Positions 31,669-42,420 of a stretch of 64,000 nt of DNA are shown here, piece after piece. The stretch comes from Atribacterota bacterium (lineage in GTDB: Bacteria; Atribacterota; Phoenicimicrobiia; Phoenicimicrobiales; Stramentimicrobiaceae): contig JAXGNR010000005.1 of assembly GCA_040767965.1 (NCBI GenBank), forward strand, positions 64,001-128,000, given 5' to 3'. Position 1 is the first letter of the stretch. Every line of letters begins with the position of its first letter. Made by a program: the position numbers and the translations under genes. The notes beneath the pieces were generated by a model. That model was not told the origin of the DNA. It saw nothing but the letters and a program-made list of their open reading frames with translations, and searched no databases.

Positions 31669-31971
31669 TCTATACCTCTTATAGGTCAAAGTATAAATAT
31701 TGAAAGAAAATATGAATTTCAATATTTATTATATAAATATTATATCATCTTATAAAATTACCGTCAGTAAAGTATTCAAAGGAAGATTTAAAAATATATT
31801 TTAGAAATAATTATGAAAGTTTTTCTGGAAACAGGAATAAAAATAATCAGTGTGTTATACTAAGTAAAATTCAATTTAAAAAAATCCCAAAATTAACCAG
31901 ATTATAAAACCAAATATAATCAAAAAATATTTATTCATCAGTAAATCGTAGAAAAGATAAAATATATAAAA

Positions 31972-34062
31972 ATGAATATATTCAACTCAAAAAATATTAT
32001 AAAAAAAGAAAACCTGCTGAAATTGCAAATTATTTTATTGCTGATACTTTTATTCTGCCATATTAGTTCATTAGCTAATCCAGTAAATATAAGAGAATAC
32101 CTGAATGGAAGGTTTCCTGCTGTTTATGTTTTGTACCTGGATTCCTTAGACGATCTTGATGCTTATGAAAAGGAGTTTGTTGATTTATTGGAAATATTGC
32201 CTGAGCAGGAGCAGAGATCCTATATTAAAGAAATCTATAAAGAGGGCTTTACCATTGAGAAATTAGAAAGGATAAGACAATGGCAGGAAAAAATTGAAAA
32301 ACCTTTTTTAAACATAGCTTTTCCTTCCCAGGGAGAGCTGACTGTCTGGAATAGTCCTTTGTATATTTTTGGAAAAACTGAAACTTCACCAGAGGCAAAA
32401 GTTACTGTTAATAATGCAGAAGTAGATCTTTTCGATCATAGAACCGGTAATTTTCTTACATTGATTAATATACCAGAGGGAGAAAAAACAAACCTTGTTA
32501 TAGCTTCCAGTGTAGGAGGAGAAGAAACAAAGATAGAAAGAACGGTTTATTATCCCAGGATCTGGGAAGAAATGCCAGAGAGTCCTTTAGCAATTCACTC
32601 TACCAGAATGCAGCCTCAAGTAAATCAAGTGTTGAGAATAGGTGACATACTACAGGTAATGTTTCAGGGAAGTCCTGGGGCTGAAGCATCGTTTGTAATT
32701 GGTGATAATGGGAAAGAAGTATTGATGGAAGAGATTAATGATTCACGATTACCAATGGGAGGCAACGGTATTTATAAAGGAAGTTATGTGATTACAGAAA
32801 ACGATCTGCTTTCAGTAACCGAAATGGTTCCCCAGGCAATAACAGTTACTCTTCGAAATGATTATGAGGAAACAAACAGAGAATTGCCTGGAATGGTTAG
32901 CTTTTATTCAAAAGACTATCTTAAAATTGTTGAAATTATAAATCAACAGGCCAGGATTTATAAGGTTTTAGAAGACTCTTTTGCGTTTCAAGGATCAACA
33001 ATCGGAGGAGATGGTCTAATTACTGAGTTACTGAGTTATTACTTATTACCAGGAACGTTATTGGAAATTACCGGAATGTCTGGAAATTATTTGCGAACAA
33101 GACTTGGAACAACTAATTATTTGATACATGAAGGTGATGTTCGAGATGTGAAAGCTAAATATCAAAATAACGACAGGAATATTTCTAAAATACGAATAAC
33201 TGAAAACAGAGAAAAAGCGACAATATTTTTCGATATGGAAGAAGGCACTCCTTTTATTATGGAAGATGGGTTAGACTGGATCAAATTTACTTTATATGGT
33301 ATAAGCGGCAGTCAGAATATCTCTTTTGAAGGTGAGTCGATGATAATTAAAAATATTAAAGCAGAGCCATCTTTTGAGAGAAATTTTACTGCAATTTCAA
33401 TAACTTTAGAGTTATATCAGTCTTTGGCAGGATTTGATTATAAATGGAATAATACAGGTTTAGAAATTAATATAAGAAAAAAACCTGAATTATTGATTCA
33501 AAATCCCCTACAGGGACTTACTATAGTTATTGATCCTGGTCATGGAGGTGAGTATGCAGGAGCTGTTGGACCTGATGATATTCATGAAAAAGATGTTGTG
33601 CTGGAAATTGGAAAATTTTTACAATCTTTGCTTGAAGGCAAAGGTGCAAAAGTGCTTATGACACGGAACAGGGATATAGAAGTAGGCCTTTATGACCGTA
33701 TTTTATTAGCAATAAAAAGTAATGCTGACCTATTTGTCAGCATTCATGCCAATGCTCATGCTGTTGGTGCAGATGCTGTGAATTATCATGGACATATGAC
33801 TATTTTTAATTATGCTTATAATGAAAAACTGGCTGAAAATATTCTGGATGCATTGGTAAAAAGGATGGGACTTCCAAGAGCCAGGCTCTGGAAGAGAGGA
33901 GATCTGATAGTTTTAAGACATCCGGAAGTGCCCAGCGTATTAATAGAAACAGCATTTATGATGCATCCTGAAGATAATTGGTATTTATTACAGCCAATTT
34001 TCCAGAGAGAGTTTGCAATATCTATAATGGAAGGAATACAAGAATATTTCCAGGAATTGTAA
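31972..34062 (+). CDS. Secreted N-acetylmuramoyl-L-alanine amidase (C-terminal Amidase_3) with a large N-terminal region
   Basis: Signal peptide. Zn-binding and catalytic motifs IDPGHGG, HEK, SIHAN and LIETAF. Confidence 0.88.
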   Translation: MNIFNSKNIIKKENLLKLQIILLLILLFCHISSLANPVNIREYLNGRFPAVYVLYLDSLDDLDAYEKEFVDLLEILPEQEQRSYIKEIYKEGFTIEKLERIRQWQEKIEKPFLNIAFPSQGELTVWNSPLYIFGKTETSPEAKVTVNNAEVDLFDHRTGNFLTLINIPEGEKTNLVIASSVGGEETKIERTVYYPRIWEEMPESPLAIHSTRMQPQVNQVLRIGDILQVMFQGSPGAEASFVIGDNGKEVLMEEINDSRLPMGGNGIYKGSYVITENDLLSVTEMVPQAITVTLRNDYEETNRELPGMVSFYSKDYLKIVEIINQQARIYKVLEDSFAFQGSTIGGDGLITELLSYYLLPGTLLEITGMSGNYLRTRLGTTNYLIHEGDVRDVKAKYQNNDRNISKIRITENREKATIFFDMEEGTPFIMEDGLDWIKFTLYGISGSQNISFEGESMIIKNIKAEPSFERNFTAISITLELYQSLAGFDYKWNNTGLEINIRKKPELLIQNPLQGLTIVIDPGHGGEYAGAVGPDDIHEKDVVLEIGKFLQSLLEGKGAKVLMTRNRDIEVGLYDRILLAIKSNADLFVSIHANAHAVGADAVNYHGHMTIFNYAYNEKLAENILDALVKRMGLPRARLWKRGDLIVLRHPEVPSVLIETAFMMHPEDNWYLLQPIFQREFAISIMEGIQEYFQEL

Positions 34063-34160
34063 AAACAATATAATTAATTAAGGAATATATTCTTGTTAAA
34101 TATTAAATTAAGTCTAAATAAAAAAAGTGAAAAAATAGTAAAAGATTGTATAACAAAAAA

Positions 34161-34837
34161 ATGAATATAACAATAAAGAAAATTGTAAGAAGCAGCAGAA
34201 AAACCATTTCATTGCAGGTATGTGATGATTCTTCATTGATTATCAGAGTACCCCTGAAGATTAAAAATAGCGAAATAGAAAAAATAATAAAAAAACATTC
34301 TAATTGGCTGAGAAAAAAGTTAAACGAGATTAATTCCAGAAATGCAGGGTTTACACAAAAATATTTTGTTGAAGGAGAATCTTTTCTTTATTTAGGCATT
34401 ATGTATCCGCTTAAAATTATATCTATGAAAGAACAAAAATGCCCTTTAACTTTCCGCAAAGAAGCTTTTTATTTATCAGAGAATGTTATTGATGCCAGAG
34501 AAGCTTTCCTTGTCTGGTATAAAAAAGAAGCTAAAAAATTATTTACTCAAGCTGTTAGTTTTTATGCAAAAAAATTGGCTTAAATTATAATAAAATAAGA
34601 ATATCCAACGCCCGTAAGCAATGGGGTTCCTGTACAAGCATGAACAATTTATACTTTTCATGGAGACTGATAATGGCGCCACCTTCAGTCATTAATTATG
34701 TAGTTGTGCATGAGCTTGTTCATATAATTGAAAAAAATCATTCACAAAAATTTTGGACAAAGGTGCAGTCAATTCTGCCAGACTTTAATTTGCAAAAAGA
34801 CTGGCTCAAAAAACATGGGTATCTTTTAACAATTTAA
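34161..34837 (+). pseudogene. YgjP/DUF45 (M48/SprT-like) metalloprotease, frameshifted at an A7 run
   Basis: ORF1 (RSSRKTISL...) stops at 34583. The -1 frame continues IGLNYNKIRISNARKQWGSC...VVHELVH..NHS..FW. Confidence 0.85.
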
Positions 34838-34943
34838 CATGGAATAAATAAATTATCTGGTATAATTATTTTGCATTAACCTACAAAGTAAAAATAACAA
34901 TCTAAAAAGCAAAGTATGGAAGTTTAAATATATATCTTCAAGT

Positions 34944-34973
34944 TTGACCAGATTATATGCATATTGTTATAAT
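34944..34973 (+). promoter_or_regulatory. Promoter of the nitroreductase gene, with palindrome ATATGCATAT in the spacer
   Basis: TTGACC-N18-TATAAT with an extended TG motif. Confidence 0.55.
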
Positions 34974-35023
34974 TTTATTCTATAAAGAATAATTATATAA
35001 ATTTAACTTTAAGGGAGGACAAA

Positions 35024-35686
35024 ATGGATCTTTATGAAGGAATGAAAAATAGGCAAAGCATTAGAGGTTTTTTACCTCAAGCAATTACCAAAGAAGAAAT
35101 TGAACAGATATTGGAGTCAGCAGGAAATTCTCCGTCTTATACTAATACCCAACCATGGGAAGTAGTAGTGGTAAGTGGAGCCAGAAAAGAAGAATTAAGC
35201 AATAAATTACTGGAGTTAGCCAAAAATCAAACACCTGCCAAGCCAGATATTCCTTTCCCTGCCAGTTGGCCTCTTGATATGGAGAACAGAACTAAAGAAC
35301 ACGGTGCCCGTAGGCTGGACACCCTGGGGATAGCACGAGGAGATGAAGAGGGCAGAAGAAAATTAAATTTAATGAATTATGAATTTTACGGCGCACCATG
35401 TGCAGCATTTTTGTTTATGGATAAAAATCTAGGCGAGTGGTCATTATTTGATATGGGGTTATTTACTCAAAATCTCCTTCTTGCAGCTTATGATAAAGGT
35501 ATTGGAAGCTGTATACATGCTTCAGTTACCGGTTATGCAGAGGAAATCAAAAAACATTTTAACATTGATAAAACAAAAAAATTAGTTGTTTGCGTATCTT
35601 TAGGTTATCCAGATTATAATGCAAAATTGAACAATTATCGCAGTATAAAGAAAGATTTAAATGAATATTATTCCTGGTATGAATAA
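35024..35686 (+). CDS. Nitroreductase family protein
   Basis: Motifs RQSIRGF, SPSYTNTQPW, FYGAP and SLGY. Confidence 0.9.
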   Translation: MDLYEGMKNRQSIRGFLPQAITKEEIEQILESAGNSPSYTNTQPWEVVVVSGARKEELSNKLLELAKNQTPAKPDIPFPASWPLDMENRTKEHGARRLDTLGIARGDEEGRRKLNLMNYEFYGAPCAAFLFMDKNLGEWSLFDMGLFTQNLLLAAYDKGIGSCIHASVTGYAEEIKKHFNIDKTKKLVVCVSLGYPDYNAKLNNYRSIKKDLNEYYSWYE

Positions 35687-35715
35687 AATTCCATAAAAAG
35701 TTAAAAAGGAATAAG

Positions 35716-36312
35716 ATGAATATATTTTTATTTAAAATTATAGCATTATTTATTTTATCTTTATTTACCTTCTTTGTTTCTGATCTCAGGAACAAAGAAG
35801 GTATGACCCCTTTAGTAAAAAAACAGCTGATTTTCTTTATCAAAGCTTTCTATTCTGTTCCGATTTTGGTTTATATTTATACAATAATGAAACTGGAAAA
35901 TATTTATATCTCCAGTTATTTTGGATTAGTTATCAGTTGCGCAGGTGCAATTTTAGTAATAAAAGCTAAGGTGGATTTAGGGAAATATCATACCTGGACC
36001 GGTCATACTCTATCTTCAACAAAAATTGTCAAAAATGGGATTTACGCTTTCATCAGACACCCTCTTTACACAGGTATTCATATTTTTATTTTTGGTGGAA
36101 TATTAATAGGAATTAATAACAATCCTTTCTCCTCATTGACTGTTTCAGCGATATTATTTTTTATTTTTTTGATAATGCTTTTTTTGAATTTCAGTGCTTT
36201 AAAAGAAAATAGTTTTTTGCATGAGAAGTTTGGCGAAGATTATCTTGAATATAAGAGACAGGTACATGCTTTCCTGCCAATTAGAAAATACAGTTTTAAT
36301 CAGGAAAATTAA
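35716..36312 (+). CDS. Isoprenylcysteine carboxylmethyltransferase / PEMT family membrane protein
   Basis: GIYAFIRHPLY and FGEDYLEYKRQV..FLP motifs. Confidence 0.85.
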   Translation: MNIFLFKIIALFILSLFTFFVSDLRNKEGMTPLVKKQLIFFIKAFYSVPILVYIYTIMKLENIYISSYFGLVISCAGAILVIKAKVDLGKYHTWTGHTLSSTKIVKNGIYAFIRHPLYTGIHIFIFGGILIGINNNPFSSLTVSAILFFIFLIMLFLNFSALKENSFLHEKFGEDYLEYKRQVHAFLPIRKYSFNQEN

Positions 36313-36402
36313 TTTTACCTGCTTATAAAAGTTATATTTATCTTGAGAATTGTAACATTTAAAAATCGTTTTAAACAGATTATAAGTTTAGGATAGGAAA
36401 TA

Positions 36403-37146
36403 ATGTCTGATATTTGTATTATAGCCCATCGTGGAGCTTCAAATATTGCCCCTGAAAACACAATGATAGCTTTTCAGAAAGCATATCAAATAGGTGCTGA
36501 CGGAGTAGAATTTGATGTTCACTTAACCAGGGATGGAAAACCGGTGGTTATCCATGATGAAAGAGTTGACAGGACGACAAATGGTATTGGTTATGTAAAA
36601 AGCTTAACTTTATCTGAAATAAAAAAACTAGATGCCGGAAGTTATTTTCATCCAAGATATTCTGCAGAAAAAATATTAACCCTGGAAGAAACTCTGGATT
36701 TGGTAAAAAACTTTAAAATAATTAATATTGAAATAAAAAATAATCTGCTGGAATATAAGGGTATTGAAGAAAAGGTAACAAACATAATTAGAGATAAAAA
36801 AATGGAACAAAAAGTAATCTGCTCATCTTTTAATCATTTCAGTATGCTTAAAATAAAAAAGATAGACCCGAACATTAATACTGGCTTGCTTTACATCTCT
36901 CATCTTTTTCAGCCATGGAAATATGCCCAAAGGTTAGGAGCACAGGCCATCCATCCTTTTTTTATCAGTGCCTCCGGAAAAATCATTAAACAGTGTCACG
37001 ACAATAATGTTAAAGTAAATGTCTGGACTGTTGATAAAGAAAAATATATCAGGAAAATGATCACAAATAAAGTAGATTGTATTATAACTAATAATCCAGA
37101 AATAGCCTTAAAAATTTTGAAAGGAATAAAAAATAGAAATTGTTAG
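36403..37146 (+). CDS. Glycerophosphodiester phosphodiesterase
   Basis: Motifs AHRGAS, PENT, EFDVH, HD..VDRTT, NIEIK and VWTVD. Confidence 0.92.
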   Translation: MSDICIIAHRGASNIAPENTMIAFQKAYQIGADGVEFDVHLTRDGKPVVIHDERVDRTTNGIGYVKSLTLSEIKKLDAGSYFHPRYSAEKILTLEETLDLVKNFKIINIEIKNNLLEYKGIEEKVTNIIRDKKMEQKVICSSFNHFSMLKIKKIDPNINTGLLYISHLFQPWKYAQRLGAQAIHPFFISASGKIIKQCHDNNVKVNVWTVDKEKYIRKMITNKVDCIITNNPEIALKILKGIKNRNC

Positions 37147-37642
37147 TTAAATAAAACACATTTGTGATATATTCAAATTAACATAGAAACAAATATAATA
37201 AATTTTAGAAACAGAATAGTCTTTAATAGAAGAAAAAGATATAATAAATACAGTAAAGTATTCATTTTATTATAATGAAATTATATTATAATTTACTCCT
37301 AACAAGATTATTCTAATATATTTAAATTTTAGCTTTTTTCAAGAACAGAAATGATTTTAAAAGAAACAAAAAAGCTGCAATCTAGGCTAAATTAAAAAAT
37401 ATTTTCTGAAAAGAAAATATCAATTATAATAAATTAAAGCAGATATCAATGAATTAATTTAAAATTACCAAGCATCAGGGGAAAAGATAGCAAACTTACA
37501 GAATATTAGTTAAAAATCAGATGTCCTGCAGGGGGTGATAGAAAAATATTTAAGTAAACAGACATATTAAGTTAGAGTATTATTAAAAATGTAATAATAA
37601 TACATAGCTTAATATTAATCCAAAATTAAAAGGAGAAGATAA

Positions 37643-38773
37643 ATGAAAAAAATATTATTCGTTTCTTTTGCGCTGATATTGTTATTTTCTGTTTCCAGCG
37701 GAAGTTTTGCTCAAGATATAGTTAAGTTTGGTATTTCCGAACCAATGACCGGGGCAATGGCAGTTGGCGGTGAGCTCTGTATGCAAGGGTATGAACTTGC
37801 TCATGAACAGAATCCCACTGTTTTAGGTAAACAAGTTGAATTAGTACTGGTTGACAATAAAAGCGACAAAGTTGAAGCAGCAAATGCGGTTTCCAGACTT
37901 ATTGAAAGAGACAATGTAGTTGCAGTATTCGTTGGTTATGGCAGTAGTATGGCTATCCCGGGTGGAGAAGTAGCTGATAAGGCAGGGATTCCTATGCTTT
38001 CAGCCAGCGCAACAAATCCTCTGGTAACCCAGGGCAAAGATTATGTTTTCCGTGCCTGCTTCCTGGATCCTTTCCAGGGGGAAGTCATGGCACGCTATAC
38101 CTACAATGATCTGGGAATTAAGAGAGCAGCCCTTCTGGTTGATATTGCTCAGGACTATTCAGTAGGTCTTGCTAATTTTTACAAAAGAACCTTTGAGTCT
38201 CTTGGTGGCCAGATAGTTAGTGATGTAAAATACAACACAGGTGATCAGGATTTCAGTGCACAGTTAAGCCAGATTATCAACTCCGGAGCAGAAGCTTTGT
38301 TTTTCCCTGGATACTTTGGGGATGTCGCCCTGATCGCAATACAGGGAAGAGAATTGGGATATACCGGGCAATTCCTGGGAGGAGATACATTGCATAATCC
38401 AACTTTGATAGAATTAGCAGGAGAGTCTGCTGAAGATTTGATTGCCAGCACTTTTTTTGTTGATGATGAGGCTTTGCTTGAGGCCAATCCGGAAGCCGGG
38501 AAATTTGTTCAATTGTTTAAAGAAAAATACAATGAATCTCCTAACGCAGTCTCAGTTCTCACTTATGACTCTTATAATTTAATGATTGATGCCATTGAAA
38601 GAGCAGGATCGTTGGATCCGGCTGCAATCAGAGATGCTTTAGCAAATACTAAAGAATTTCTTGGTGCTGGTGGCTCTATCACTATTGATGAAAATGGGGA
38701 TGCAGTAAAACCGGCAATTCTGGTTAAAGTTGTCAATGGCGACTTTGTCTATGAAACAACAGTTAATCCTTAA
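37643..38773 (+). CDS. livK: Branched-chain amino acid ABC substrate-binding protein
   Basis: Signal peptide, DNKSDKVEA, FRACFLDPFQG, followed by livHMGF. Confidence 0.88.
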   Translation: MKKILFVSFALILLFSVSSGSFAQDIVKFGISEPMTGAMAVGGELCMQGYELAHEQNPTVLGKQVELVLVDNKSDKVEAANAVSRLIERDNVVAVFVGYGSSMAIPGGEVADKAGIPMLSASATNPLVTQGKDYVFRACFLDPFQGEVMARYTYNDLGIKRAALLVDIAQDYSVGLANFYKRTFESLGGQIVSDVKYNTGDQDFSAQLSQIINSGAEALFFPGYFGDVALIAIQGRELGYTGQFLGGDTLHNPTLIELAGESAEDLIASTFFVDDEALLEANPEAGKFVQLFKEKYNESPNAVSVLTYDSYNLMIDAIERAGSLDPAAIRDALANTKEFLGAGGSITIDENGDAVKPAILVKVVNGDFVYETTVNP

Positions 38774-38794
38774 TTCTACCCATCTTTAATGTGA

Positions 38795-38836
38795 TTCAAA
38801 AGAGAGGCAGATTGTATAATCTGCCTCTCTTTTGAA
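38795..38836. terminator. Perfect 19-bp stem-loop between livK and livH
   Basis: TTCAAAAGAGAGGCAGATT-GTAT-AATCTGCCTCTCTTTTGAA. Confidence 0.8.
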
Positions 38837-38933
38837 ATGATCTTGATAAGTATTTTAAGAAAATCGATATTTAAATTTAAGATATGCTTTTTATTTTATA
38901 TGGATAATTTCAATAAATAATGAGGAGTAACTT

Positions 38934-39827
38934 ATGTCACTAAATTTGTTGCTGCAGAACATTGCCAATGGCTTCTCTTTAGGTAGTTTGTATGCATTAA
39001 TAGCTATAGGATATACCATGGTCTATGGAATATTGAGATTGATAAATTTTGCCCATGGTGAAATATTTATGCTGGCACCTTATTTTTTGTATTTCGGCTT
39101 TTTAATGTTTCACCTTCCCTGGTGGCTATCTGTCCTTGTTGCTATTATTTTAACTGCTCTTACAGGCATGTTGACTGAAAGAGTTGCCTATAGGCCTTTA
39201 AGGGATGCTCCAAGAATTTCAGCCTTAATTTCCGCTATAGGGGTATCATTTTTTTTGCAAAACCTGGCCATAGTTCTTTTTTCAGGAGTTCCAAAATCTG
39301 TTCATAGGCCAGAATTTTTCAGAACTTTATTTCAATTTGGAGAAATCAGAATCCAATCCACACTTATTGCTTCAGTAATTATTTCTGCTTTATTTTTAAG
39401 TATATTGCTTTACATTATATATAAAACTAAAACAGGCTTAGCCATGCGGGCAATTTCAACAGATATAGAAACTTCCAGGCTAATGGCTATTGATGTAAAC
39501 AAGACGATATCAATTACTTTTATAATAGGATCAGCGCTGGCAGCAATTGGTGGAATCTTGTGGGCTTTAAGATTCCCTCAAATAGTCCCTACTATGGGAT
39601 TGATTCCTGGTTTAAAAGCTTTTATTGCAGCTGTCGTAGGGGGGATTGGCAATATTTCAGGAGCTATGCTGGGAGGATTTATCTTGGGAATGGCTGAAAT
39701 ATTGTTTGTAGCTTTTTTCCCTGAACTTTCAGGATATCGGGATGCTTTTATATTTTTGATATTAATATTGATTTTATTATTCAAGCCTGATGGTATTCTG
39801 GGCAAAAATGTCCAAGAGAAGGTGTAG
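38934..39827 (+). CDS. livH: Branched-chain amino acid ABC permease
   Basis: GYTMVYGILRLINFAHG and GLAMRA motifs. Confidence 0.92.
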   Translation: MSLNLLLQNIANGFSLGSLYALIAIGYTMVYGILRLINFAHGEIFMLAPYFLYFGFLMFHLPWWLSVLVAIILTALTGMLTERVAYRPLRDAPRISALISAIGVSFFLQNLAIVLFSGVPKSVHRPEFFRTLFQFGEIRIQSTLIASVIISALFLSILLYIIYKTKTGLAMRAISTDIETSRLMAIDVNKTISITFIIGSALAAIGGILWALRFPQIVPTMGLIPGLKAFIAAVVGGIGNISGAMLGGFILGMAEILFVAFFPELSGYRDAFIFLILILILLFKPDGILGKNVQEKV

Positions 39828-39831
39828 CAAC

Positions 39832-40896
39832 ATGAAAAAACAACACGAAAAATATTTGACCATTATTTCAATAATTATACTGGGAATTGTTGTTTATTTA
39901 GCTCAAAACTATTTGGATGCCTATAAACTCAGGATTCTTAATCTGGGAGCTATCTATGTTACTCTAGGAGTAAGTTTAAATTTAATTTATGGGTTTACCG
40001 GGCAATTCTCTTTAGGCCATGCCGGGTTTATGGCAATAGGTGCTTACACCACAGCCTTATTAGTCCTTCCTCCTTATTATAAAGAAATAATATTTATTAT
40101 TGAACCTTTGGTTTGGCCATTTACTGTTTTACATACACCATTTATATTTGCATTATTGTGCAGCGGTTTTTTTGCGGCTATCGCTGCACTGTTAATAGGA
40201 TTACCAGTGTTAAGATTAAAAGGTGATTATCTCGGTATTGCTACTCTAGGGTTTGCAGAAATCATAAGGATTATAGCCAACAATATTCCTCAAATCACGA
40301 ACGGGGCATTAGGTATTAAAGGGATACCTGAATTTACAAACCTTTGGTGGTCTGTGGGGGTAGCACTATTTACAATATATATCATCAAAGGACTAATACA
40401 GAGCAGTTATGGTAGAGCGCTAATGGCAATCAGGGATAATGAAATTGCTGCTGAGGTTATAGGAGTAAATTTGACTTATCACAAGGTAATGTCTTTTACC
40501 ATAGGAGCCTTTTTTGCTGGTGTAGCAGGGGGTTTATTTGCATGCCTGTTAACAACAATTGACCCGAAAGCTTTTATGTTTGTTATGACTTTTAATATCT
40601 TAATTGTGGTTGTCCTGGGAGGTTTTGGCAGTATTACAGGTACTGTTATAGCAGCATTTTTGTTTAATTTTTTCCTGGAATACTTAAGACCTGTGGAAGA
40701 TGGACTTGATTTAGGCATATTTTCAATACCAAAAATACCAGGATTAAGAATGGTGACATTTTCTGCTTTACTGTTGATTATTATTCTTTATAAACAAAAA
40801 GGATTACTGGGTGGAGTAGAATTTTCGTGGCAGGGGCTTTTCCAGTTCTTCAATAGATTCTTCAATAAAAAATCTTCAGAGGGGAGTGCAAAATAA
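39832..40896 (+). CDS. livM: Branched-chain amino acid ABC permease
   Basis: GQFSLGHAGF, LRLKGDYL and GRALMAIRDNE motifs. Start taken at ATG 39832. Confidence 0.9.
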   Translation: MKKQHEKYLTIISIIILGIVVYLAQNYLDAYKLRILNLGAIYVTLGVSLNLIYGFTGQFSLGHAGFMAIGAYTTALLVLPPYYKEIIFIIEPLVWPFTVLHTPFIFALLCSGFFAAIAALLIGLPVLRLKGDYLGIATLGFAEIIRIIANNIPQITNGALGIKGIPEFTNLWWSVGVALFTIYIIKGLIQSSYGRALMAIRDNEIAAEVIGVNLTYHKVMSFTIGAFFAGVAGGLFACLLTTIDPKAFMFVMTFNILIVVVLGGFGSITGTVIAAFLFNFFLEYLRPVEDGLDLGIFSIPKIPGLRMVTFSALLLIIILYKQKGLLGGVEFSWQGLFQFFNRFFNKKSSEGSAK

Positions 40897-41669
40897 TGGA
40901 ATTATTGAATATGGATAATGTAACAATGAAATTCGGAGGTTTAACTGCTGTTAATAATTTTAGAATAAAGATTAATACAGGTGAATTAATTGGATTAATC
41001 GGGCCCAATGGTGCCGGGAAAACTACTGTTTTTAATATGATTACCGGGATATATAAACCTACTGTTAACAAGATATATTTTCAAGGACAGGATATTACTG
41101 AAGTAAAACCAGATAAAATTGCCAAAGTCGGAATAGCCAGAACTTTTCAAAATATGAGACTTATGAATAATTTGAAAGTAATTGATAATGTGATGATTGG
41201 CTTTCATCTTCATCTAAAGTCCAATCTGCTCTCGGCAATCTTGAAGCTCCCCGGTTATACGAAAGAAGAAGAAGAAATATATAATAATTCTATGGAATTG
41301 CTGAAAAAAGTTGATCTGGAAAAATATGAAAATGAAAAAGCAGGGGGCTTGCCATATGGACAACAACGAAAACTTGAAATAATAAGAGCCCTGGCTACAA
41401 AACCAAAATTACTGTTATTGGATGAACCGGCAGCAGGAATGAATCCTCAAGAGACAAGAGAATTGATGGATTTTATCCAACAAATACAAGACGAGTTTGA
41501 GTTAACTGTATTTTTGATAGAACATGATATGAAAGTTGTCATGGGAATTTGTAAAAGAATATTAGTTATGGATTATGGGGTTATAATTGCAGAGGGTAAA
41601 CCAAAAGAAATACAGGACAATCCGGAAGTAATAAAGGCTTATTTGGGGGTGGATTCAGACTATGCTTAA
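40896..41669 (+). CDS. livG: Branched-chain amino acid ABC ATP-binding protein
   Basis: GPNGAGKT, LPYGQQR and DEPAAGMN motifs. Confidence 0.92.
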   Translation: MELLNMDNVTMKFGGLTAVNNFRIKINTGELIGLIGPNGAGKTTVFNMITGIYKPTVNKIYFQGQDITEVKPDKIAKVGIARTFQNMRLMNNLKVIDNVMIGFHLHLKSNLLSAILKLPGYTKEEEEIYNNSMELLKKVDLEKYENEKAGGLPYGQQRKLEIIRALATKPKLLLLDEPAAGMNPQETRELMDFIQQIQDEFELTVFLIEHDMKVVMGICKRILVMDYGVIIAEGKPKEIQDNPEVIKAYLGVDSDYA

Positions 41670-42366
41670 GATTGAAAATTTAAATGTTTATTTTGGTGGC
41701 ATACATGCTTTAAAAGGGGTAACTTTTGATGTTCCGGCTGGAAAAGTGATAACTTTAATTGGAGCCAATGGAGCAGGCAAAAGTACTACACTAAGAAGCA
41801 TTTGTGGATTACTCAAGCCAAAAGAAGGGAAAATAAAGCTGGATGATGCTGAAATAAATAATATTTCTGCTGATAAAATTGTAAAAAGAGGGATTGCTCT
41901 GATTCCAGAAGGTAGAAAAATATTTCCTAATTTGACAGTACAGGAAAACTTAGCCCTGGGTGCATATGCACGTGGGGATAAAGAAGAAATTGAAAAAGAT
42001 CTATCATGGATCTATGAATTATTTCCCCGGGTAAAAGAAAGGCTCTGGCAAAAAGGGGGAACCCTTTCAGGCGGAGAACAGCAAATGTTAGCCATTTCCC
42101 GCGGCTTGATGTCTCGACCAAAATTGTTAATGATGGATGAGCCATCTTTAGGATTAGCACCACTGTTAGTAAAAGAAATATTCGAAATTATTAAACGTAT
42201 TCATCAAGAAGGTGTAACCGTGCTTTTGGTTGAACAGAATGCTTTTGCAGCATTAAAAATATCTGATTATGCATATGTGCTGGAGACTGGCAAAGTTGTG
42301 TTGCAGGGAACCGGGAAAGAATTATTGCAGGATGCCAGAGTAAAAAAAGCTTATCTGGGAGAGTAG
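41662..42366 (+). CDS. livF: Branched-chain amino acid ABC ATP-binding protein
   Basis: GANGAGKS, LSGGEQQ and DEPSLGLAP motifs. Confidence 0.92.
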   Translation: MLKIENLNVYFGGIHALKGVTFDVPAGKVITLIGANGAGKSTTLRSICGLLKPKEGKIKLDDAEINNISADKIVKRGIALIPEGRKIFPNLTVQENLALGAYARGDKEEIEKDLSWIYELFPRVKERLWQKGGTLSGGEQQMLAISRGLMSRPKLLMMDEPSLGLAPLLVKEIFEIIKRIHQEGVTVLLVEQNAFAALKISDYAYVLETGKVVLQGTGKELLQDARVKKAYLGE

Positions 42367-42420
42367 AAGAAAAGAAGAAAGGGATAATAAAAAATACCAA
42401 GGCAAAGGAAGTGATATAAG

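Noticed and set aside
37150-37640. Riboswitch or T-box in the 500-bp liv upstream region
   Set aside because: No T-box (GGTGGNACC), leader peptide or recognisable aptamer consensus.
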